DNA from: an uncultured Spirochaetota bacterium
Lineage (GTDB): Bacteria > Spirochaetota > Brevinematia > Brevinematales > JAOACQ01
Assembly: GCA_963768055.1 (NCBI GenBank)
Contig: CAVYGN010000002.1
Coordinates: 1,120,001 to 1,184,000, forward strand
Length of the DNA: 64,000 nt
Direction of reading: 5' to 3'
How positions within the stretch are numbered: the stretch's first letter is position 1; the number at the start of each line of letters is the position of its first letter. Made by a program: the position numbers and the translations under genes. Positions 40,827 to 50,482 of the stretch are shown piece after piece. Under the pieces are notes generated by a model. It was not told the DNA's origin and ran no database searches. It saw nothing but the letters and a program-made list of their open reading frames with translations.

Positions 40827-40864
40827 TAGGTTTGTTAATTATATTTTCAGGGGATAATCATTAT

Positions 40865-41023
40865 AAATTTTGCCCTATATAGGCCTCCAGTTTCCCCGTC
40901 TCATGGCCATATAAATTCTCGTAGAGTTATTCGCCGGAGCGTAGAATTAGAATTTTGCGACAATTCCGGTGGTTTCCCTAAAATCCTTAACGTGCTATTT
41001 TTCCCGAATTCTGCGTTCACCCC
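40865..41023 (-). repeat. Tn3-family (Tn21/Tn501-like) 38-bp IR plus ~120 bp subterminal sequence, copy 1
   Basis: Minus strand GGGGTGAACGCAGAATTCGGGAAAAATAGCACGTTAAG (41023-40986). Confidence 0.85.
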
Positions 41024-41049
41024 AAGTACTTTCTCAATTCATATTCTTT

Positions 41050-41370
41050 CTATTTCTTCCTTTTCACTACTTCTTTCATCTCTCTTCCGGGTTTGAAGTA
41101 TGGAGATTTTCTTTCTGGGACTTTTACTACCTCGCCCGTCTTTGGATTTCTTGCTTTCCTGGCCTTCCTTTGCTTTATTCCAAAAGTCCCTAACCCTCGC
41201 AGCTCGATCCGATCTCCAGTTCTTAGATTCAAAACGAATCCTTTCAGCTTGTCTATAAATTTAGAGATGATTGTTGAGATTTCTTTTTTTGAAATTCCAA
41301 ATTCTTTAATCTCATTGTCTTCAAAAACAAGTTCTACAAGATCAAGTTTTGTGTAAGCTCTTTTAGACAT
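41050..41370 (-). CDS. HU/IHF-family DNA-binding protein (second island copy)
   Basis: RIELRGLGTFGI..ARNPKTG..YFKPGREMK. Confidence 0.92.
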   Translation of the reverse strand: MSKRAYTKLDLVELVFEDNEIKEFGISKKEISTIISKFIDKLKGFVLNLRTGDRIELRGLGTFGIKQRKARKARNPKTGEVVKVPERKSPYFKPGREMKEVVKRKK

Positions 41371-41519
41371 ATAAAACCCCAATATTGAAATTCTAATGGA
41401 AATGATTGATTATCGAAGTATTATATTATAAATGTGGAAGCGGGACAAGAAAAACTGGTATTACTGCTTAATATGGCTACTTGTCAGTACATGACACGAA
41501 TGCTCCCATAGGGCCTAGT

Positions 41520-41570
41520 ATGGGGCATATGAACGTGGTAGAAGTGTTAAAAGAGGCTGGGGCGAAATAG
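41520..41570 (+). pseudogene. Ankyrin-repeat C-terminal remnant
   Basis: GHMNVVEVLKEAGAK*. Confidence 0.5.
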
Positions 41571-41905
41571 ATGACTTCCAAACTAGGGCGAGGATCCCCG
41601 ACAGTCCTTACACAGGATCGGGAAGATGGTTCGGAACCTTCACATGGACGGCTGGCAGGGGTCTAATTTCGACGGCCTGAAGGCGGACGTGAAAAAGATC
41701 GTCGAGGGGATGAAGTAAGGGAGCAAAACCCCAAAGGAACGCCGTTTTGCCCCGCCACAGCCTCTCTTTTGCCTTCTCATGTAATATTTTCTTCCTACGA
41801 ATGAAGGCCGCCGGAGGGCTAAAAAGAGGGTAATATGAAATGCATGAGAACTCCCGGACGCTTCAAGAATATTTTGAATAAGCTTATAAATCTTTTTTAA
41901 CGCAA

Positions 41906-42904
41906 TTATTTTGTTGAAAACTTAGTGACGCTGTTACCTCCATAATTAGCTGTCCACATATTGACCCCGTCAAAAGCAATGCTATAGGGATTGGCACCGG
42001 TTCCTGTATAAGTAGTCATAACTCCCGATGGTGTAATTTTAGTAACGCTGTTACCTCCATAATTAGCTGTCCACATATTGACCCCATCAAAAGCAATGCC
42101 AATGGGTTGGTCCCCCGTGCCTGTATAAGTAGTCATAACTCCCGATGGTGTAATTTTAGTGACGCTGTTATCGGCCCAATTAGCTGTCCACATATTGACC
42201 CCGTCAAAAGCAATGCCAGCGGGTTGGTTCCCCGTGCCGGTATAAGTAGTCATAACTCCCGATGGTGTAATTTTAGTAACGCTGTTATCGGCAAAATTAG
42301 CTATCCAAATTTTAACTCCGTCAAAAGCAATGCCATAGGGATTGGCGCCGGTTCCTGTATAAGTAGTCATAACTCCTGATGGTGTAATCTTAGTGACGCT
42401 GTTATCGGTAAAATTAGCTGTCCACATATTGACCCCGTCAAAAGCAATGCTATAGGGATTGGCACCGGTTCCTGTATAAGTAGTCATAACTCCCGATGTT
42501 GTAATCTTAGTGACGCTGTTATTGTCCCAATTAGCTGTCCACATATTGACCCCGTCAAAAGCAATGCCAGTTGTATAGGGCCCAGTTCCGGTATAGGTTG
42601 TCATAATTCCCAATGGTGTAATCTTAGTGACGCTATTATCACCTTGATTTACAGTCCACATATTGACCCCATCAAAAGCAATGCCAATGGGTACTTTCCC
42701 CGTGCCGGTATAAGTTGTCATAACTATTGTTGGTTTTGAACTGGTGCTGGACGAAGACGAAGAACTGGTTGTATAGGGAGATGAAAACCAAGACGAACCG
42801 GATCCAGGTGAATTCGAACAACCGGTTAATACTGCTCCGGATAAAGTGAATAAAACCAGCTTTATTGTTAAAGCAAGAAATAGATTGGATAATTTTAATT
42901 TCAT
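41906..42904 (-). CDS. Lipoprotein with seven near-identical 39-aa repeats (predicted 7-bladed beta-propeller)
   Basis: Lipobox VLTGC, Ser/Thr linker, 7 x 117-bp units MTTYTGTGxxPxGIAFDGVNMWTANxxDNSVTKITPSGV. Confidence 0.85.
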   Translation of the reverse strand: MKLKLSNLFLALTIKLVLFTLSGAVLTGCSNSPGSGSSWFSSPYTTSSSSSSSTSSKPTIVMTTYTGTGKVPIGIAFDGVNMWTVNQGDNSVTKITPLGIMTTYTGTGPYTTGIAFDGVNMWTANWDNNSVTKITTSGVMTTYTGTGANPYSIAFDGVNMWTANFTDNSVTKITPSGVMTTYTGTGANPYGIAFDGVKIWIANFADNSVTKITPSGVMTTYTGTGNQPAGIAFDGVNMWTANWADNSVTKITPSGVMTTYTGTGDQPIGIAFDGVNMWTANYGGNSVTKITPSGVMTTYTGTGANPYSIAFDGVNMWTANYGGNSVTKFSTK

Positions 42905-43149
42905 AAATAAATTCTCCTATCTAGTGATAGATCATTTTCTTGAACACCTTCTGTTTTGTCAATATTTATTTATTTTTATTTTCATTCTATATTAAATTCT
43001 CCAAAGCCTTAATAATTCATATAGAGTATACTCTAATTAAATAATCCCCTAACCTTATTTATTAAATAATCTTGCTTAATTATTAAATACTATTTAAAAT
43101 ATCCGGAAATCCACGTAAAAATTAAAATCCATTTAACAGGCGGCAGTAT

Positions 43150-43743
43150 ATGAAAATAGGCTATGCCAGGGTATCGTCGAAGGACCAGAACCCCGAGCGC
43201 CAGCTTGAGGCCCTGAAATCCGCCGGCTGCGAGAAGATCTTTACCGACAAATTATCAGGAGCGGAGAGGGAAAGGCCGGCCCTGGGCGAAATGCTGAACT
43301 TCATCCGGGAGGGCGATATCCTCATCGTCGCCTCGATCGACCGCCTGGGGCGCTCAACGATCGACCTCCTTGAGATCATCCGGATGATCAGGAAGAAGGG
43401 AGCGATCGTCGAATTCCTGAAAGAAAAAATCGACCTGGCCACTTCCATGGGAAAATTCTTTTTCACTATACTTTCCGCCCTGGCGGAACTGGAACGCGAT
43501 TATATCCGTGAAAGACAGTCCGAGGGCATCAAAATCGCGAAAGCAAAAAACGTCTACAAGGGCCGGAAACCCCTGCAAAAACCCGCAGAGTGGGACTCCC
43601 TGGCCGCCGAGCTGGTCGCCGGCATGATATCCGGACACGAAATGCGCAAGCGCCTGGGCGTATCGATCGCCACATATTACAAAATGCGCCGGCAGTACGG
43701 CCCGGAGATTACCGGGAATATTCCTCAATTGGATCGAACCTAA
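43150..43743 (+). CDS. Serine resolvase/invertase
   Basis: GYARVSSKDQ, DKLSG, SIDRLGR, AELER, C-terminal HTH; AT-rich upstream region with palindrome TAGAGTATACTCTA. Confidence 0.95.
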   Translation: MKIGYARVSSKDQNPERQLEALKSAGCEKIFTDKLSGAERERPALGEMLNFIREGDILIVASIDRLGRSTIDLLEIIRMIRKKGAIVEFLKEKIDLATSMGKFFFTILSALAELERDYIRERQSEGIKIAKAKNVYKGRKPLQKPAEWDSLAAELVAGMISGHEMRKRLGVSIATYYKMRRQYGPEITGNIPQLDRT

Positions 43744-43805
43744 GAATTTAGAATCATGAATTGACATTTAATGGAGGTCTTATGTGTATGTCTATTATAA
43801 ACTAA

Positions 43806-44477
43806 CTAAGAGTTGGGTATGAGTATAGACCTTTTTTTAGAGCTTATTCGCCCGGTGGTAGTTTCTGATATCTTGCTATTATTCTTATACGTCTTCCACG
43901 AAATTTCATATTCCTCAGCCTGGTTGCCCCAGGTCGTCCAGTTTTCCCTTGCGCCCCTGCCGAATAGTTCAAGATAAGGCCCTGGACTGCAGCTTTCAAT
44001 AATCTGATACTGTTCATCCGGCTTCCGGGAATGTTCTCTTTTCATGGTTCTGATGATATTTACCTGGCTTCTCCCTGCTTCTAAAGTCCTCATTTGTCCC
44101 CTGATACCGAAAAGCAAAAGCTCAGTCGTATTCCTGAAATAAAATCCTACCCCTCTGCCATCCGGCCCGCCGTCTTTTCTGATTTTATGCCAGACGATAT
44201 TAGACTTATAATTGAACCCCCATGCTTTCATCACTTCAAGGCCCTCGGGGAGAAGCGCGTTAGGAACCCATAAATATAAATGCGCCGTTTCTTCCGCAAC
44301 CATGTAAACAGGAATTTCACCTATATCGTGAAGATTTAAAGTTTCATACCTTTTCAGCCTTTTATGCTCAGGTGCCATTTTCCCGGTCCTGTTCTGGAAT
44401 TGCCAGGGCGGATCGGCCAGAATCGTTTTAAATTTTCTATCGCTTATGAAATTGATGAAATCGTTCGCGGCGCTCAT
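43806..44477 (-). CDS. MT-A70-family adenine DNA methyltransferase
   Basis: ADPPW, HLYLW, EHSRKP, YLELFGR. Confidence 0.92.
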   Translation of the reverse strand: MSAANDFINFISDRKFKTILADPPWQFQNRTGKMAPEHKRLKRYETLNLHDIGEIPVYMVAEETAHLYLWVPNALLPEGLEVMKAWGFNYKSNIVWHKIRKDGGPDGRGVGFYFRNTTELLLFGIRGQMRTLEAGRSQVNIIRTMKREHSRKPDEQYQIIESCSPGPYLELFGRGARENWTTWGNQAEEYEISWKTYKNNSKISETTTGRISSKKRSILIPNS

Positions 44478-45067
44478 TATTCTTTCTCCATATAAAGATT
44501 TTTGGAAATACCGAATACTAATAACGGACAGCCGGCTCCGCTTCCACCTTCAATCCTCGGAAGAAGTTTTGACATATGGGTTGTCGAACTACCGTAAGAA
44601 GCGCCTCTTCCTAATTCATCAAATATATCTTGCAGATCATCACAGCGGGTAATAATTATACCGACGCTGATAGCCCTCAGATCAAACAAAAGTCTAAAAT
44701 TGTTCAGGTCCCTGTCAAAGAAAGGATCTTTGTTGTTCCATTCCATTTCAAGGGCGGTTTTATTCTTATAGCAATCTATGCTGTGTGTCGGGGATTCTCT
44801 TATTTCTTCATCTACTTTAACAGCCGTTAAAAACTTCTTTTCAATCCATCCGCGAGCGCCCATGAATTCATCTATCCATTCAGCTATTTTTGTTTTTCTT
44901 CCTCCGGGACTAAGAATCCATGATTTTTTTAACTTAAAGGCTTTTAGCATTTCAATGATATCCTTCCATTCCGAAGGGTAATCACTTTTTAAGATCGCGC
45001 AGGCATGCTTCCATTCGTGAACTTCAAAATTATTCCGGATAATTTCTGGAAGATCTAAAATACTCAT
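44477..45067 (-). CDS. BglII/BstYI-family type II restriction endonuclease
   Basis: THSIDCYK..ALEMEWNNKDPFFDRDL; overlaps the MTase gene. Confidence 0.85.
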   Translation of the reverse strand: MSILDLPEIIRNNFEVHEWKHACAILKSDYPSEWKDIIEMLKAFKLKKSWILSPGGRKTKIAEWIDEFMGARGWIEKKFLTAVKVDEEIRESPTHSIDCYKNKTALEMEWNNKDPFFDRDLNNFRLLFDLRAISVGIIITRCDDLQDIFDELGRGASYGSSTTHMSKLLPRIEGGSGAGCPLLVFGISKNLYMEKE

Positions 45068-45415
45068 TAAACCACATCCGAATTATTTTATATAAAATAT
45101 TATCATAATAAAATTTATTTAGCTAATTCAGCGATGCTTTCGCCCTGGCATCCTTCCACCTAGTAAACTTGCTGCCATCTGGGTCCAAATATGTCCAGAG
45201 TTTAGATCATCGACCAGGTCCCTGGACAGCTCTCAGGCTTCCCAGGGAGATATCACCCTGGTTCCAAGAATCTCCTCAAAAAAACGAAATAACATTCCAT
45301 TTATATTTAAAGAGGAGAAAATAATAAATATTTTAAAAATTACTTCAATAAATAGCCAAAATTACTCTATAATAATATAGACAGGAATAAAGTAAATACT
45401 TTTAATGGGTGTTTT

Positions 45416-45919
45416 ATGAGTGAGCCGATAGACAATAAAAAAAATAATTATGCCTTTATCGATAGCCAAAACTTAAACCTTTCTATTCAGGATCAAGGCT
45501 GGAAACTGGATTTTAAAAAATTCAGGGTTTATTTATCTGACAAATACAAAGTCCGGAAAGCGTTTTTATTCATTGGGTATGTTCAAACCATGCAAAGCCT
45601 TTATACTTCCCTGCAGCAATATGGCTATATATTGGTATTCAAACCGACACTTGATTTAGGGCATGGAAAAATAAAGGGAAACGTTGACGCGGAGTTAGTT
45701 TTACATACGATGATTGAATACCCGAATTACGAAAAAGCTGTTATAGTTTCAGGTGATGGAGATTTCTATTGTCTGATTGAATACCTAATAAATAATAATA
45801 AACTTGAAAAGCTTATCGTCCCGAATAGACATAGGTATTCTTCTCTTTACAATAACTCGATTATACGCCCATTTATGGGTTTTATAAATGACCTGAAAGG
45901 CAAATTAGAGCATAAATAA
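45416..45919 (+). CDS. NYN-domain (LabA/DUF88, PIN-like) RNase
   Basis: AFIDSQN, KGNVDAEL, IVSGDGDF. Confidence 0.9.
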   Translation: MSEPIDNKKNNYAFIDSQNLNLSIQDQGWKLDFKKFRVYLSDKYKVRKAFLFIGYVQTMQSLYTSLQQYGYILVFKPTLDLGHGKIKGNVDAELVLHTMIEYPNYEKAVIVSGDGDFYCLIEYLINNNKLEKLIVPNRHRYSSLYNNSIIRPFMGFINDLKGKLEHK

Positions 45920-45975
45920 AAAAAGAGAGGCATTCCGCGGGACGAGCCCTTTGGGACAGCCTCTCATCGTGATTC
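45916..45975 (-). ncRNA. Candidate structured small RNA convergent on the NYN gene
   Basis: TTGACA-17-GATAAT (46010-45982) upstream; GAGAGGC/GCCTCTC stem enclosing two mini-hairpins, then U7. Confidence 0.5.
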
Positions 45976-46244
45976 AATAATATTATCGTCAATTTATTCA
46001 CAAATGTCAATAATAAGCCGCTTATTTTTACAGATCTGCCGCCAGCGCTCCGGCCATGATCAACATGCCGCAGCGTCAAAATCCCAGAAATATTGGCGAT
46101 TTAACCCCCGACTATGCCCCTAAAGCCACCTATTTCTGCACCAAGTTTATTATTATATTTTCTGTCTGCATCTTTTTTCTAAGAATCTCACTTAAATAAT
46201 ATAATAATAGCGGCGGTGGTAAAAAGTTTTATAGGAGGCATAAA

Positions 46245-46433
46245 ATGAGCAGGATAAAACCGATTCCAACCTCACAACCAAATCAGTTCATTATTCCAAC
46301 ATACGATATTCCTGGAGGTGGACAGATTCACGAGACATTCAAGATCGATCGCTATGGAAATCTTTATAAAGAGCATTCCACTATTGAAATTCCTGGAGGC
46401 ATAAAAGGTCATGTTAATTGGGATAAAGATTAA
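46245..46433 (+). CDS. 62-aa hypothetical protein
   Basis: AGGAGG RBS, TATAAT at 46200-46205; IPGG occurs twice. Confidence 0.7.
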   Translation: MSRIKPIPTSQPNQFIIPTYDIPGGGQIHETFKIDRYGNLYKEHSTIEIPGGIKGHVNWDKD

Positions 46434-46524
46434 AAAATTAATGCCATCGCCGCAATATATATTTGTTGAATCAATTCATAGAAGAAGCCCCTACGTTGAC
46501 CGTTTTGAAGGGCAAATAATTATC

Positions 46525-47430
46525 TCATTCTTTTAATGCTCCCACAAGTCTGAGTAATATAAATTCAGTGGTTACCAAACAAATTTGTCTAAGGAGTCTG
46601 GCTTGATCTTTTTCTGCCATGTATGGGTGTGAACCTGTATGACTTAAAAGCCCATAAATCTTATCAATAGCTTCTCGTTCTTTTTTTTCTAAAAGAGACT
46701 CTGTTTCCAAATACTGGCGAATTAAAACTGGTTTATCAATTATTGAAGCTGTAAGTTTTATTCCTTTTGTTTTCTCCGAATGTCTATTTGCCACTTGTTG
46801 AAATATTGCTTCAAAAAATTTACGGGCATTTCCTATACTGTCGCTCCAACGACCGGCTACATAATGATCCTCGGTAAGTTTCAGAAAATTAAATGTCTGT
46901 TGTCTATCAGGAAGCTTTAATTTATTATGAAGAGACTCAAGGTAGCCCATCTCAGCTTCAACGTCCAAAACTTCTTCTTCTGTCTCTCGCAATTCTCCAT
47001 CATAAAATATATATCCATCTATTTCTAAGCGGCGAATCATTTCATCATATAACTTTTTATCTTCTTCGCTAATATAAGAAGCATCTAAAGTTTGAAAATA
47101 TAAAATATAGTCTCTTGCTAAGTTTTTAAGATAAGATTGACCAAGTTCTTTCCTTTTTTCCCAAGACCAGTTAATAGTAATGTTATAAAAAGATTCTCCC
47201 GTATGAATTTTTAACAGCCATTCCTTTAATTCTCTTGTTGTTTGTATTGTTTTCACCATATTACAGAACAAAGCCTCATACTCGTTTTCATAAAGAAAAT
47301 CGTAGAAATAGTTATTATTGACATTCTCTTTTATTGATCTTCCTCCAAAGGCTGTTTGATAGTATGATTGATGTGAAAACATTTTTGTATAAATTTCAGC
47401 GATGGAAATAGCAGATTTACGACTAATCAT
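46525..47430 (-). CDS. Hypothetical protein with Abi_C/HEPN-like C-terminus
   Basis: WSDSIGNARKFFEAIF..GLLSHTGSH; GGAG RBS. Confidence 0.55.
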   Translation of the reverse strand: MISRKSAISIAEIYTKMFSHQSYYQTAFGGRSIKENVNNNYFYDFLYENEYEALFCNMVKTIQTTRELKEWLLKIHTGESFYNITINWSWEKRKELGQSYLKNLARDYILYFQTLDASYISEEDKKLYDEMIRRLEIDGYIFYDGELRETEEEVLDVEAEMGYLESLHNKLKLPDRQQTFNFLKLTEDHYVAGRWSDSIGNARKFFEAIFQQVANRHSEKTKGIKLTASIIDKPVLIRQYLETESLLEKKEREAIDKIYGLLSHTGSHPYMAEKDQARLLRQICLVTTEFILLRLVGALKE

Positions 47431-48052
47431 GGTTTAAACAGCTCCTCCCCCTTCCCCATCTTTTCCCTGGCTTCCCTCATTGACTTCTACGCCTCTTCCC
47501 TGACCGTCATTCGCTCCGGGGAATCCTCCGGCAGGGCCAGAAGCCGCTTCTGCCTCTCCATCTCATCTTTCTCATCAGTTGGGGTATTATACAATCCAAT
47601 TAACAAAATTATATGAATCCAATCAATAATTTGCAAACCTTTCTCCGAATGTGTTTTTCACCCAGTTCCTCAGCCTGGCCAGAACTGGTAGCCCCCCAGG
47701 TAGATATCGCCCTGGTTGCCAGACCTCCGGCAGATCGACAAGGCTCGCATCTGGATGTATGAACCCCTCACCGGTGGTAAATGAAAGGCCCCACGTTGAG
47801 CATTCCGAGGCCCTATTTCCATAACAGCCCTTAAAATCGGATCTTTTCCAGACATAATTCTATTTTCCGGCGATTCGCCGCCGATCGGCGAATCGATGCA
47901 TCGATCGGGGCCGTTGCATCTGGACAGCTGCCTGGCAACTTCCCGGCCAGCTCCTCGAAGCTAAGATCAGTCCAAAGAATCTCGGGCGGATTCTGTCAGA
48001 AGATCTCGGCCAGATCCTCAGCCACATCGAATAAAAGCCTCACGATGAAGTT

Positions 48053-48246
48053 GGGGTCACCTTGGAATTCGAATATTATTGTACGTTAAGAATTTTAATA
48101 TCATTACCGAGTAAAGAGTCGATAAAATCATAAGATTTGGGTTATCATCTGAAATTGATGATATTTTTAAGTTCTTATTATATAATAAGATAGATGGGTT
48201 TATAATTCGTTAGCGTACTATTTTTTCCGAATTCCAAGGTAACCCC
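48053..48246. mobile_element. 194-bp Tn3-family MITE
   Basis: 38-bp IRs GGGGTCACCTTGGAATTCGAATATTATTGTACGTTAAG and (rc) GGGGTTACCTTGGAATTCGGAAAAAATAGTACGCTAAC; no TSD. Confidence 0.85.
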
Positions 48247-48546
48247 TTATTCATTGTGGGGAAAAGAGTTGTGAGATATCGGTATCCCCCCCTCTCTGAT
48301 ATCCATAACTCTATACTGGATAACGAAATAGGAACCTAAGATTGCACAGATTTTACTGATTGATTTAATTTAAAAAATGCCTTGTTTCATATCTATATAC
48401 CTGTTAATAAATTATCCTTAGACTAATTTGTCTTATCGAAACTTTCATTTGGCTGGTTTGGCTCTTTTTGGTGAAAAACGATCATATTAGTAAATTCAGC
48501 CTACAGCCAATCTAACCAAAAAAGCAGTTTTAAAATATTTTGCCAA
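48247..48546 (+). repeat. Divergent copy of the ~300-bp att-like repeat
   Basis: GTATCCCCCCCTCTCTGATATCC, CATTTGG and CCAAAAAAGCAGTTTT..TTTGCCA blocks shared with the 52.7 and 53.6 kb copies. Confidence 0.6.
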
Positions 48547-48825
48547 TAGGGTTTTTTACCGGAGAAGATGCCGGATTTTGCTTAAAAAATTTGGAATATC
48601 AGAAATGAAAATACATAGTTCTTTTGAGGATAAATACTGTATTATTCCATGAAATTGCTTCCGAAAAACCCAATTATGGGACAGCCATCTGGCCATAAAA
48701 CCTTGTTGTTATTACCTGATTTAGCATTTGTAAAATATTCTAGTTTCTTTTGGAGTTTTAATAAAATTGTTACTTATTTACAAATAGGCTATAATAGGCT
48801 AGAAATCTATAATAAGAAGGCTTAT

Positions 48826-49619
48826 ATGCCAATTTTGAATTTAAATTATACAAGGGTCAAAGCAGATGAAAAGAAGTTTGGTTCTGGTTTTAGTTTAAAT
48901 TCACTTAGTAGAAGATTTCGAAAGATTTAATCCTTTAATTCTCGGTTTAGGAGATATTTCTATAGAAGGCGAATATATTCAAGCATTAGCGGGTTTTTTA
49001 GATTTAAGTGGATTTACTGATTTCTGTAATCAAGTGGATTCTCATCTTGTGATTCCTGAATTTATGAAAAAATACCTTGAGTGGATGTTTAAAAAGATCG
49101 CAGATCAAGCTTTAGAAAGTTCAGATGGAATTAATGTAAGAATATGGGGTAATCTACCCTTTTATGCTAAGTTCTTAGGAGATGGCATTCTATTTCTTTG
49201 GAATACAAATTCATGTGGAGGTTTTAGTGGATTATGTAATATTGTTATCCAATTATACAATTTAACTGATGAATATAAAAGCGAATTTATACCGATTATA
49301 TCAAAAAGTGTTGTAAAACCACCCAAATTACTTAGGTGTGGAATAGCTCGCGGACAAATTATTTCAATTGGTAATGGTCAAGATTTTGTCGGTTCATGTA
49401 TAAATGTTGCAGCAAGATTACAAAAGTTATCGGATTTAACTTTTGTAATTTCACGAAGAGGTTTTGATATAAATAAAATCCCAAAACATCCTTTAAATGA
49501 TATTCTTGAACTTAGAAAATATAAAATTCGTGGAGTTGGTAAAGATGAGTTAATCTGGGTTTTAAAAGAGGAGTTCCAAAATCTAAAAAAAACAGAGAAG
49601 AATAATTTTAAGAACCCAT
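48826..49619 (+). pseudogene. Class III nucleotide cyclase, frameshifted near 48900; stop codon interrupted by IS21
   Basis: FLDLSGFT, KFLGDG, RCGIARG, DFVGSCINVAARLQ. Confidence 0.75.
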
Positions 49620-49705
49620 TGCCGTCCGGCAGGTTTAGTGACCCAGGGTCGGCGTTTTTAGTGACCCGCCCCCCTGTCTACCTTCAGTATAGCCTTTTCA
49701 GATTT

Positions 49706-50467
49706 TCAGGTCAAAGATTTTAACTTATTTTTCTTGATGAAATTATTCAACCTGAAACTTTTACCATCAATAACTATTTTAACCGAACCGTCTATCAAGC
49801 GGTCCATAATCGCACTTCCAATTAAGGGATTAGAAAAAACCGCAGACCATTCAGATATATCTCGGTTGCTCGTAATAATGGTCGAGGCTTTGGTATACCG
49901 TCCATTAATAACTTCATATAGATCATCCTGCTGCTGCTGATTTAAATCCTGAAGCCCAAAGTCATCAAGAATGAGAAGTTCGATTTTGAAGATGTTTTTC
50001 AGCTTTAAATTATAACTTCCATTGCCTCTTGCGGCGTTCAAGGAGCGCAGGAGCAAAACAGTGTTCTTAAACACTACCTCATGGCCTCTCCGGATAGCCT
50101 CATGTCCGATCGATTGAGCCAGGTGCGACTTTCCGACCCCGGAATGGCCTAAAAAAAAGATGTTTTCTTTGTTTTTAAGGAAATAACAGGTTGCCAGTTC
50201 CTTTATAACAGCTTCATTAATCTGAGGATTAAAACTAAAGTTGAAACTTTCCAGTGTTTTGTCATATTCAAGACCGCTCTTTTTTAACCTGATTTTCATA
50301 GCTCGCTGTTCCCTTCTTTCTGATTCTTCAAGCAGTAGACCGAGCAGGAAATCAGTATATGATGTCTTTTCATTCTGGGCCTTCTGGATATGATAATCAA
50401 GATTTTCCAATACCCCCGAGAGTTTCAAATGTTTAAGCCGGGGTATTAATTGTGCCCTGTCGTCCAT
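49706..50467 (-). CDS. istB: IS21 helper ATPase
   Basis: GHSGVGKS, LILDDFG, ITSNR, MDRL. Confidence 0.95.
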   Translation of the reverse strand: MDDRAQLIPRLKHLKLSGVLENLDYHIQKAQNEKTSYTDFLLGLLLEESERREQRAMKIRLKKSGLEYDKTLESFNFSFNPQINEAVIKELATCYFLKNKENIFFLGHSGVGKSHLAQSIGHEAIRRGHEVVFKNTVLLLRSLNAARGNGSYNLKLKNIFKIELLILDDFGLQDLNQQQQDDLYEVINGRYTKASTIITSNRDISEWSAVFSNPLIGSAIMDRLIDGSVKIVIDGKSFRLNNFIKKNKLKSLT

Positions 50468-50482
50468 AATATTTTCCTCCTC

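Noticed and set aside
41906..42721. CRISPR array or DGR target in the 117-bp repeats
   Set aside because: Repeats are contiguous in-frame coding units without spacers; no cas or reverse transcriptase gene in the window
45140..48050. Short GC-rich similarities (CTGGACAGCT, AGATATCRCCCTGGTT) at ~45.2 kb and 47.7-47.9 kb, and the hairpin at ~47870
   Set aside because: Too short and scrambled to define an element; probably decayed mobile DNA
48649..48930. 93-aa ORF as a separate gene
   Set aside because: The distal part is better explained as the frameshifted N-terminus of the cyclase (ATG 48826)
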